Source: Piromyces finnis finn
Lineage: Eukaryota > Fungi > Neocallimastigomycota
DNA length: 64,000 nt
Assembly (NCBI GenBank): GCA_002104945.1
Contig: MCFH01000024.1
Location: forward strand, 434,001-498,000
Direction of reading: 5' to 3'
Both the position numbers and the translations under genes were made by a program. Shown piece after piece: positions 51,792 to 64,000 of this stretch; position 1 is the stretch's first letter, and each line of letters starts with the position of its first letter. The notes beneath the pieces are model-generated. The model did not search any database and had not been told where the DNA came from. It saw only the letters and a list, made by a program, of their open reading frames with translations.

Positions 51792-53827
51792 AAAGCATGT
51801 TGATAGAAATAATAATTTAATCATAAGAAAAATATATATATATAAAACTTTTAATAAAAAGTAACAATTTGTTTTATTATTAGTGATTAGTAATAAAACA
51901 AGTAGAGTATAACTTGTTTCAGTAGTTAATAAATTAAAAAACCAATCATGACTATTGAAAGCCATAGAAAAACTTAAAGAAATAAAAAAAGTGTGGCATA
52001 AAAAAGGTTGATTCAAAGATGGACCCTCCCTACAAAATTAAACTATAAAATGATAATAATTAAACTTTTATATAAATTAAATAAATAGATAAATAAATCA
52101 AGTGTTGGTTTTGTTAAAAAGAAATGATTTAAATGTAAAGAGGTAGCAATTATAAATATATATTATAAAATAAGAATATTTATACAATTATATACTTTTT
52201 GTTAGCTATTTAAAATGTTAATGGTCCGTTTGTCTTGATTTTTAGAGTATTTTATAATAATAACATTATAATTAAATTAATTATTGTTGTAATGGTAAAT
52301 TTAAAAAAATATAATGACTTTTTTTTTTTTTTTTTAAATACATCTGAATTCAGATAGTTTTTAATAAAAATAATAATTAATCACAAGAGTTTAATAGAAT
52401 ATTAAAATACTTTAAAATAAAAAAAAAAAAAAGGAATCTTGATTTCTTTAAAAAAAAAAATATAAAGTATAATTGTTGATAATAATAATATTATTAATGT
52501 AATTTAAAAATCTTTACAGATTAAAAAAAAAAAAAAAAGCTAATACTATTATTTGATACGAATAAGAAAAAATAAATGAATTTTTTTAAAGATAATGACT
52601 TTTATTACATGATTTATAGTGTTACAACTATAATGTTTACTGTTGTTTGTTGTTGTTGCTTTATATATATATATATATATAAATGTAGATAATTGTTAAT
52701 ATTTGACTTTTAATAATTTATATTTTATTTTTCATAACTCTATGTTGTATTATCAAGAGGAGTAGTAGGTAGTAGGTAGGTAGGTAGTAATAGGTCGTTA
52801 TAAGTAAAAGTATATAATTCATAATTTGGTATAAAAAAAAATATTATTAATATAACTACATTAATAATAGTTTCTTTGAACTCTTATTTAAAAGGGTCAA
52901 GATAGAATTTATGTTTTTTTTTTTTTTTTTTTAAAAAAAAAATAAAAAAAAAAAAAAAAAAAAAAACGATATGAATGGCTCAATGAACGAACAAGTCTAT
53001 TTAAATTTTTTTATATTGATTTTTCTTGCTTTGGCTACTGACTTTTTTTTCTAATCATCTTATTCACTTTTTAATTCACCACCTAAGAATACCAAGTACT
53101 ACTATTTCAATGTTATACGTAGTATTCATAGATTTCATCTTTATTATTATTAATTTATTACTATTAATAGTCCTAGTATTGTTGTTATTATCATTAATAG
53201 AATAATTTTTTTTTTTTTTTTTTTTTTTGAAACCTTTGGTTAACCAACAAGTATTTAATATTACTTTTTTTTTCAATAAGCAAAGGTTTAATTTTTTTTG
53301 ATTCTTTAGTAGGAAAAATAATAAATCAACCATTAAATTACACATCAACAAACACAATTCATAATTTCTTTTTTTCTTTTTTTCTTTTTTTTTAAAAGAT
53401 TATTATACTTTTATTATTTTTTTTTTTTTTTTTTTTTGAATTTTTTTGAATTTTTTTGAATTTTTTCTTTTCTGTGTTTCATTTTATGATTTTTTTTTTT
53501 ATTATTATTTTATTAAAATAGATCTTTATTATCTATTATATATTATTAAAAAAAAAAAAAAGGTAAACAAAATATTATTAAAAAAAAAATAATAATAATA
53601 AATAAAAATAAATACGTTCAAGAATATAATAATAATGTTTTGAAAAATAATAATTTATAATAGTATTTATATATTTTTTTAAAAAAAAAAAACATTGATA
53701 TGAATTATTATATATCTGTGTATATATTTTATATATATATATAAAAAAAATAGATTAATAGGTAGATGTTTATGGGTATTTAATTTTTTGGGGGAGAATT
53801 TTTATTTGATTTTAATAGTATTGAGGA

Positions 53828-56693
53828 TTAATTAAAATTAAAATCATCTATGTAACCTGAACTCTTTTTAGAAGGTGTGACATATGGACGATTAGGTGGT
53901 GGACTATTTGGTGGTGGTGGAAAATCAAATTTCATCATATAATTTCCTCCATTCGGTAGTGGTGGTGGAGCTTCCATTGTTCTATTATTGTATTTTTTTG
54001 CGGTTAGATTATCATAGGATTTACCATGTCTTAATTTTTTATGTGAATAATTTGGATCATTGATACTCATTTTATCAAAAATATTACCAAAATTTTGAAT
54101 TTCTTCATTTGTTAACATTGGTACCATGTTTTCTTCATCGGTTTTCATATCTGGCATATTAGGTGGTGGTGGCATCATACTCATTTGCATTCCTTTCATA
54201 CTTTTGTTGTATGGATTTCCATTTACACCCATTTTATTTGAATTTATTTCATCCATACTGGAACTATGATACATTGGTTTATTAAATACATTCTTACGAT
54301 CAAATATAAAGTCATCATTTAATTCCTCTAATTCATCCTTACTCAAAATATTCTTAATCATATCATCATTTGAATTTGTACTATAGTTGATATTATTCAT
54401 AGAACGACTCATATTATATTCACCACTCTTTTCATAATCATCCCTCAAGTTACTTATTTGTAATGAATTCAAACTATCAGAGTTTCCTGAAGTATTTAAA
54501 TGATTTTGGGAATGTTTCTTATTACTTAATTTTTGATGATAAGCTTGTGGGGATGAGGTTAACTTTTTGTTTAATTGTTGGGTTTGTCTTACACGTTCAC
54601 GTTCACTATTAGGATTTAATTGTGGATAAGATGAACCAATTTTTGGTGATTCTGCTGGTGTATTAATACCGGATGGTACATTTGATCCAGGATTTGAGTT
54701 GAACATCTTATTCTTATTACGACGGTTTAAAGAAGAGGTAGTTGGTGTATTACGTGATAAATTTTGTGAATCGATACGACTATTACTTCCATTACTATGA
54801 TTATAGAAATTATCTGGAGTTGGTGGCAATGGTTGAGATGGAGGTTGTGAAGATTGTGGTGGTGGTGTTGATGAATTATATTGTGGGGTCATTGGATGAT
54901 GTCCATTTTTGTAATTATGAATATCTTCATAAAGGTTAACATAGTTGTTGCTTGAAGAAGAACGTGAAGAATTATTATCTGTATAACCATTGTACATATT
55001 GGAGCCATTATTACCATTATAAAAGTTGGTGGAACTTCCTGACATCATATTATGCTGTAACATATTACGATTAGGATTGTAAGCTTGACTTGGTGGTTGA
55101 ATTGTTTCTTGTTGTTTCATTTGCATTCTAGCATGGTATGCCTGTAAACGTATTTGCTTTTCTTTAATAAGTTTCTCAGTAACAGCACCAGATGGACCAT
55201 GTGTATTATTTGGTCTTTTATGTGGCATTTCACTTTGTTGACTGAGGTTCTTGAATTCTTCATCTAAAATTCTCATTAATTCTGGATTTTCTAATAATTT
55301 ATCATTTTCCATTAATTGAGTAAAACGATCAAAGAGGGTACAATCAAACGTTCTAAAATGATCCTCAATGTATTCTAATTCAGTTTGTAAACGGGTTTTT
55401 GGAGTTGGTGTATTTGTACCAGATTTATTAAAGAAACCTTTACCATGACCTGAATCTTCAGAATTATCCTTATTTTTATTCTTCTTCTTTCTTGGACGAT
55501 AAGTTAATGGATTATCTTCTAATAATAATTCTTCTAAATCATAAGTGGCATCAAAGTTTGCTTTTTCTGGATTTGGTATCATAGGGGCTATGTATTCCTT
55601 TCTTTCTAATCTATCCCAGTCTATTCCTCTAAACCATGAATTATCCCATAATTCATCTAAACCTTTAATACTACATCCTAAACGTAAAGAAGGATCTTTT
55701 ACAAGAAATCCCTTGAGAATGGTTAAAAATTCAACAGATGGTTTTACTGAATGCTTAGTAAGAGCATTGGATGATGGGAAATGAACTTCTTTTTGATTTA
55801 CAATATTATGAGAAACTTCATTATTATTATGACCCTTAAATGGTCTTTTACCATAAAATCCTTCGTAAAGAACAATACCTAAACTCCACCAATCAACTGG
55901 GTAAGAATAACCTTTTCCAGCGAACACTTCTGGTGCCATATAAGATATAGTACCAGATTGAGATCTTGGTTGACGTTTTGGATCAATATGAACAGCAATA
56001 TTAAAATCAGTAATATGTACATGACCCTTATCGTCCAACAAAATATTATCAGGTTTCAAATCTCTATGAATAATACCCTTATTATGAAGATAATTAAGAG
56101 CACATGCAATTTCAGCACAATAGAAACGTAAAGTTTCTTCATTAAAGCCTCCTAAACGTTCAAGATGAAAACGTAAATCACCACCAATCATCAAATCAAG
56201 TACCATAAACATATTTTCATCATCTTGAAAAGCAAATCTTAAATTTACAATAAATGGATGCTCTATTTCTTCCAATATAGCACGTTCTCTCATAATATTT
56301 TGTATAGCTTTCATCTTTATACATTGCATTTTATTAATATATTTTAAAGCATAAAGTTTTTTCTTTTCTTTATGTTCAACGATACGAACCTATAAAATAT
56401 TAAAACATACGTTAGTTTTGTAATCCATTTATAAAAAAATTAGTTTAACACGTTCTATTTAGTAGTAAACAAAATTACAAAATAGTTTATATTTCACTTA
56501 CTTTTCCAAAGGCACCCTTACCGATACATCTTAATAAATTAAAATGCCTTAATTCAACTTTTTTTAAAAATTAATTTTTAGATCATTAATAATTTATTCT
56601 TGTTAAAAATAAAATAAGAATAGATTATATTTAACAATATCTACCTTCTCCAGTATAATCTGAATTATCATTTTTTCCGAATGAATTACCCAT
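53828..56693 (-). CDS. AGC-group Ser/Thr kinase, STK32/YANK family, 3 exons, with a long low-complexity C-terminal tail
   Basis: MGNSFGK...|VELRHFNLLRCIGKGAFGK|VRIVEH..., HRDLKPDN, the YANK-type DFNIA in place of DFG, GTISYMAPE, VDWWSLG and NFDATYDLEELLLEDNPL. Confidence 0.85.
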
Positions 56694-59600
56694 TTTGTTT
56701 TATATATATTTATAATCGATATAATAAATATTATTTAATAAATAGCAAATATATAATAAAGGTTTCTTTTGTTTGGTGATAGAATTTTTGAACTAAATAT
56801 TTCTTCTTTCCAGATTAATATTTATATTTCTCAAATGGATGTTTTGTTTTACTTTTATATTATAAATAAATTTGAATTTTCAATGATTCAATTTCTATTT
56901 AAATATAAGAAAAAACTTTTGGATGAATTAATGATTCTGCCCAGCAGTTACCTTTAATATATATTTTAGGTTGTTTTGTGTATTTTTTAAAAAATTATTT
57001 ATTATTATTATTATTAAAATGATATTTTTATCCTTTTTATAATGTTACGAATAAAACTTATAACTATATATTGCTTTTTATACAATTATGTTATTTTTTA
57101 TTAAATATAAAAATTGTTATCTTTTAAAATTATAATAATTTTGTTTCGAATTAATATATATTATAATATATATTTTCCTTTTTTTATTTTTTGATGATTT
57201 TATATTTCGTTTTTATACTAATAATTAAGTTTTAAATAAAAAAAATTTATATAAACTTTCTAAGATGCATAAGAATATTTTATAGAGTTATCTACAATTA
57301 TATTAATTCAACACTTTAATAAAGTTAGTTTTACATATTTTTTTTCTTTTTTTTTATAATTAATAGTTTAATTTAAAAATGTATATAAATTACCTTTTTC
57401 TTTTATTTTTAAAAGTATTGATGCTATTTTGTATTTGATATTTATTGTTTAGTGACTATGATTTTTATTATAAAAAATAATGAATATTTATTAATTTATT
57501 ATAAAATTTTAATCTTTATATTTTTTTGTTTTACCTTTTAATATTAAAAAATAGTTATTTTATTTATTATAACTACTATTGAAATTTTGAAATGATTTTA
57601 TTTTTTTTCTTTAATTTTCAAGTTTATTTTATAAAAAAGGTTTACTATTAAAAATCTTTTTCCTAAAAAATAAACTCTATCTCAAATAAATAAAAAAATG
57701 TTATTGTATAGTTTTTCTTTTATCTTTCATCATTATTCTTTAAAATTTGACATTTTTTTATTATTTATAATCTTTATTCCCTATATTACAAATATATATA
57801 AATAAATTATTAGTTAAATTGTTTTAATATTCTATTGTTTATTTTTTCGTATTATTAATAATAAACTATTTTTTAACTTTAAATATTTGATGTTAGCATC
57901 AATTATTTGTTATAACTATCATTTAATTTTTAATGTACTATTATTACGTTCTAACAAAAGAATAAAATATTTTTATCTGTCGATTATTCTATCAATCAAT
58001 ATATATTATATATTATTATATATTATTATTGCTGTATTATTTTTTTGTCAATATTAACTTTTAGCACTACTGATTATTTATGATGCATGTATTGTTAAAG
58101 TGTAAATAATAAAGTCATTAAATATGGCTATTTCTTTTTTGATTTATTTTCTATTATTATTGTTTTTTATCGGCAATTGATTGAAAGCCTCTTTTCTTTT
58201 CTATAAACATCATCGTTTTAAATTTTCTATTATTAATTTACAATATTCGAATGACATTTACTTTTATTTAATAAATATATACAATAATAATAATGAAAAC
58301 AATATAAATAAACAAAATTTCTTTTATCGAAATCGTTTGCTTACTTTTCCAAATTTTCTTTTTACTTTTAATATATATTAAATAAAAAAAAAAAAAAAAA
58401 GAAAATAAAATAAAAAAAAATTGTAGTATATTTCAATTATCATTTCAAAATAATCCAATAAGATTACAAATCTTAATTAATAATAAAATGTATGAATTAT
58501 ATTAAGCTATATATCATAGAGTATCATCTTATATATAATTTTTTTTATATTGATAGAATTATATAATTATCATATATATTAGTATAATTAAAGGTTTATA
58601 TTGTTGGAATTTTGAATACCTATTGAATTAAATATAATAATAGTATATTATTATATTATTTTAATATAAATATATTATATTAATAACTTTTTTTTTATTA
58701 TTATCTTATTTACTTTTTTTGGTTATTAAATCCAATAATTAAAAAGAAAAAAGTTTTTTTTTTTTATGAATATCTTATATTATTATAGAAATAAAATAAA
58801 TTAATAATTATATTAACTAATAATGTTATTATATATTAAATGTATTACTAATAATAAATCTTATTAAATATAAAATGAAAAAAAGTGAGGTGTTTAATCA
58901 ATAATTTAAATCAATTAATATTATTAATATATTTAATTCATAAATTCTAATACCATTAAAAGAATATAAATAGAACGATTAACCAATAAAAATTAATAAG
59001 TCATGAATGATTATAATATATTAAGTTGAATTTGCTATTGATGAACTTTATATTGGAATATAATTTATATATTAACAATATATTAAAATAACTGGTGTTT
59101 AATATATTTTTATTAACATACAATATATTAAGTCTTTTGAGATTGATGATTTAAAAAATCAACTATCATAATATAATAATCTAATATAATAATATATTAT
59201 AATATATATTACAATAGACTTGTTCAATGTTTACAAAACAAATGTTTTCTTTTTTTAAAAAAAAACACCACATCTATGTTGTGGTATGAAAAATGAAAAG
59301 AAAAACATAACACTTCTAATTTTTACCACAATTTATAGCCATATTTTTCATTTACTTGGTTGTATCCAAACTCATTTTCTAATAAATAAATTAAAAATAC
59401 TAGTGTAATTTAGGGTCAAAAAAAAAAAAAACGGCTTTTTTTTTTGTCAAACAATGATATCATTAGAGTAATTATGTAATATTCGAAAGGTGCTACTTGC
59501 AATTCATTCTCAAATTAAAATAGTTATAAAATAGAAAACAAAACAAGAATAATCCTTCTTTACTTAAAAACTTGACGTATTACATTACATAATGTAAATA

Positions 59601-61285
59601 AAAGACATTTTACAGAAATAAATAATAAAAAAGAAAAAAAAATTGTTATTTTTGTAGATTAAAAAAGAAAATTAAAGTTTAAATCTAAAATTATAATAAT
59701 ATAATTCTGTTAATTTTTGTATATATTAAAAATATATTAAATTGTAGTTCTTAAAAAGTTTAATTTTTCTAATCTATGGCCTACAATACAATTACATTAC
59801 AATTACATTAATACTACAATAACAATTATTATTGATCATAAAAAAGTTTGAAGAATAATAATAATAATAATAATACTAATTTTTTTTGAATAAAAGAGTG
59901 GATATAAAGTAAAAAAAAAAAAAAGGCAATGGAATGTTTCATGTAAAAAAAAAAAGACAATAAGAAGATAAATAGAAAAATAGACAAAAAATAAATATTA
60001 GGCCAAACACAATTTTTCAATATTAATTATTTATTAATTTAATAAGAAAGCATTTTCTTTTTTTATTTCAATTTAAATTACTAATAAAAAAAGAAATTTT
60101 TTTTTATTTTGAAAGAAAAAAAAGAATTATCATAAAAAAAAAAAGGCAACGGTTTATTAGAATAAATTCTTGTTGTTTTTAACAGTATTTCTACACATAC
60201 TTTTATAACTACGTAAAGTTAAACATACTCTAAAAATCTATTCCCACTTAATATTCTCTTCCATTCAACCAGTCTTTTCCATAAAAAAAAAACACATGGA
60301 TTATTTTAAAATTTTACTTTAAACTTTTTTTTTTTTTCTATAACATAAAATTTATATTAAATTTCTATTTTTGGAAACTCCTCCAATTCTTTAATTTATA
60401 CACGCCAAAATTTTATATTAAAATAGATTATGAATAATATATAAAATAATATATTAATTGTATATAATGTTATACCAGAAAAAAAATAATAATAAACAAT
60501 AGTTAATACCATTTTTATTATATTATAATGATAATGATAAAAAAAAAGGTGAAAAGAAAAATAAAAATTGGAAAGTTATTCTTAATAACAATGAATATGC
60601 ATGTTTTAAAATTCAACATTAGCATTAACCTAGAAATAAATTGGGATTTGTTATGTGGTATTTGCCAAAAAAAATTAAATAAATAAGGTTTTTAATCTAT
60701 CATATATAAAATATAAATTTATATACATAATGAATCATCTAATATTGATTTTATTGGTTACTGTATATTTATCATAAATTTATGTATAATATCATAATCC
60801 ATGTGATATATTCTTATTGATTTTGGAGACGTTCGTTTGAAATATTTAATTAAAACGGTTTATTTATATAATGTATAAATGTATAAAATGTAAGGGTTAG
60901 GTATTAAAAGGTTTTAATAAACTTTTTGTATTCCACTTTATAAGGCGTTCTTTTTTAAAATGTAGGTTCGTTTTACACTGTTTATATTCATTGATATAAT
61001 TAATTAATATTGTTTAGTATTATAAATAAAAAGTTATGAATATTATATTACTATTGTTTTATATTCAGTGTATTGACAATGTGACATTTAATTATAATTA
61101 AAAATTTCTTTTTTTTTATTATTATGAAATAAGGTAGTAAAGTAGTAAGCAGTTTCCATTTAATATTATTAAAAGGAACCATTGTCAATTTCTTTTTAAA
61201 ACTATAAATTGTTTTGATTGTTTTGATTATTGATTTTTTTGAGTCTTTTGTAAATAATATAAAAGAATATATACTATTTATTGTT

Positions 61286-61652
<367 letters not shown>

Positions 61653-62511
61653 TTTTAATAATTTTTAATAATTATACATGTTAACATATATCTTTTTTTT
61701 TTTTTTTTAAAAAAAAAAAAACTCTTTAATTTTTTAAACTAACAAATGAGGAGTATTCTTTTCTTATTGTCATGTGGGTAGAATTAAAAAATATCTTTCC
61801 ATATATATTAAATAGGAAATGGTCAATACTAATAAATATTTAGTGAAAAGTTTTGTCAAAAATATAGTTAAATTTTAATATACCCCATTAAAACAATACT
61901 AATGCAATAATAAAATGATGTTTTATATTTATGTATATAAAAGTATAAAATAAAAATAAAATATATTTATTAAGGGTGGTTGGAAGTGCATTTGAATATA
62001 TTATAATTAATATATGAATTTATTTTATTGCTGTAAAAAATATCAAAAGGTTTTACCAATATTTTAATAATAAATAAATAATTAATTGGAAAATGACAGG
62101 CACAGACAAACTGTGTTGTGTGAATACAGATTACATATATATATAATTTAATGGTATTTATATAATATTACAATTTGTTGTTGCTTTTAATAATAATTTG
62201 AATTTCTAAACCAGTCACCAAATAAAAAATAGAAGCAGAAAAAAAAAACTTTTTATTATTTTTATTATTATTTATTAAAATGATTTTTTTTTTATTTTTA
62301 TACATTCATTAAAAATAAATATTATTAATATTATTACTACTTCAGAAGACTATTATTTTTTTATATATTTAATTTTCTATAGCTTTGTTTACTCAAGTAA
62401 AGAAAATATGTATATACATATGTCTATTAATGTATATATATATATTTTCTCGTGTATTCCTTTATTTTTTTTTTTTGCTTTAATAGAATAAACCAATGGA
62501 AATATATTTTA

Positions 62512-64000
62512 TTATTTCTCAGTTTCCTTATTAGTGTATGAAGTGGAGGTGGATGATAAATTCATATTTGCTAATTCTTTTTGTACAAAACTTAACCAAT
62601 CATTTTCTTTATTTTTTCGTATCATTTCTTCTTCTTCACGATCTTTCCTTAATTTTTCCTCATTCTTTATGGTATTACGTAGAGTATTCGTCATCAGTGA
62701 ATTATCAAATTCGTATTTAGCATATTTAGAGGTTGATGCTTCGGTTGTTTCCATCTTTTTATTTTCTTCTTCTGTCCATTTTTCAGTGGTTATTGATTCA
62801 GTGTTAGGAGGTAGATTGATGGTAGTTTCATCGATATCGTGAATGAATAATTTATCCTTGGAGGGAGGAAGAGATTTTGATAGAAATTGTATAGAATAGG
62901 GATTATTAAATAAAAATTTCCAGGTATCATTAATTAATTGATTTGTATCCTTGTTATCTTCATCATGTCCATTTTTAATAGTTCTATTTTTTGTGGCTTC
63001 ATTAATATCCTTTAGAATGGAAATGGATTCGTTAGCTATATTATTAGATTCGGTATTTCCAATAGTATCATGGTGATCAATAATTTTAGCTTCGACATCT
63101 TCAAATTTATCAATATTTTGAAAATCTGGTAAATCTTCAGAAGAATAATTTTTATTATGAAGGGAATTATATCCTTCTACAATTTCTTGTTTTAAATCTT
63201 CCTTATTTTTTAACCCATCACGAAGACGGTAGTGTTGCTGAAGGTCAATGATCATTGATGCCCTTCTTAATTCATTATAAAACTCTTTTTCTAAATCATT
63301 ATTCGGTTCCTCTAGAGATTGATGATGATTCATACTTTTTTCATTTTTTGTCATTTTAATATCATTTTCATTTTCATTTGGTAATACTTTTTCTGGTGAA
63401 TCTTCCATTGTATTTTCAATTCTCATTGTTTTTTCTTCTTTTTCTTCCTCTTTTACACTATTTTCATCATCATCATTATTATTACCATTATTTAAATCTT
63501 TTTCATGAACATTATCATTAATAGATTCATTATCAGAATCATTCTCTTCATCTTGATGACTATTATACATTTCATAACTGCCATGTCTAAAGGATGAATC
63601 ATTAAATCCATATATTTTTTGAAAATGTTTATTTAAAACAATTCTATCTTTTACAATATCAAGATTATCATTCGTTGATGTTTTATTTGTTGTATTATAA
63701 TCATTAACATCATTAATATTTGATTTTGCTCTGGTTAAACCTCCTCTAAATCTACTATTATAAACGGATTCATTATCCTTTTTTTTTTTTTTTTTTTTAT
63801 TATATTGAAATATATATATATATATATATTAATTTTAGTATATCAACATTTTTTTTTTTTTTTTTTTTTTTTTGTATTTATAAAATAATAAAAATTATTT
63901 TACAGAATTTTCCCATTCTAAAAAATCATCACTATCTGAATCATCTGAATCATCCTCTTGAAATAAAGCAATGTCTTTAGGATGAATTGTTTCTTGAGGT
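62512..64000 (-). CDS. 3' part of an uncharacterised gene with an acidic/Asn-rich low-complexity C-terminus (5' end outside window)
   Basis: The exon running off the window end to 63904 (PQETIHPKDIALFQEDDSDD...EWENS) splices in phase 0 via GT 63903 / AG 63778 to exon 63777-62512. That exon extends the 352-aa ORF upstream. No family recognised. Confidence 0.75.

Noticed and set aside
48843-53357. Short Phe/Leu/Ile/Tyr-rich ORFs (e.g. 48843-49112, 49137-49382, 49498-49698, 51786-52016, 53076-53357)
   Set aside because: Composition reflects poly-T/AT-rich intergenic DNA; no recognisable domains or consistent splice models.
57300-58380. Minus-strand stretch with intron-like GTAAG...AG signals and short coding-like fragments
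   Set aside because: I could not build a phase-consistent, stop-free model; at most a heavily decayed relic.
60893-60903. Single GGGTTAGG telomere-like string
   Set aside because: One copy only; expected by chance.

Overview
Extremely AT-rich eukaryotic DNA with short GT-AG introns, long poly-A/T tracts and trinucleotide microsatellites. The style best fits an anaerobic gut fungus (Neocallimastigomycota); this is inferred from composition and gene style only. Most of the window is ordinary housekeeping genes, reconstructed by hand across introns: 3' end of a CLASP/Stu1-like gene, UTP14, a Nudix hydrolase, FEN1, RRP40, a CaMK, cyclophilin-40/CPR6, TRS23, UBC8, a tricalbin, an STK32/YANK kinase and a partial unknown gene. 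Four things stand out. (1) An intronless, CpG-rich 779-aa cytosolic LRR protein with 23-aa LPKEIG repeats, a second internal LRR module and an unrecognised C-terminal tail. (2) A head-to-head pair of broken ankyrin-repeat paralogs, one with a microhomology-bounded internal deletion. (3) A 7-exon gene invisible to the ORF track, encoding a small tail-anchored membrane protein. (4) A compound minisatellite in a cyclophilin intron. I found no rRNA, tRNA, CRISPR array or intact mobile element, and no multi-gene novel system that the sequence alone supports.
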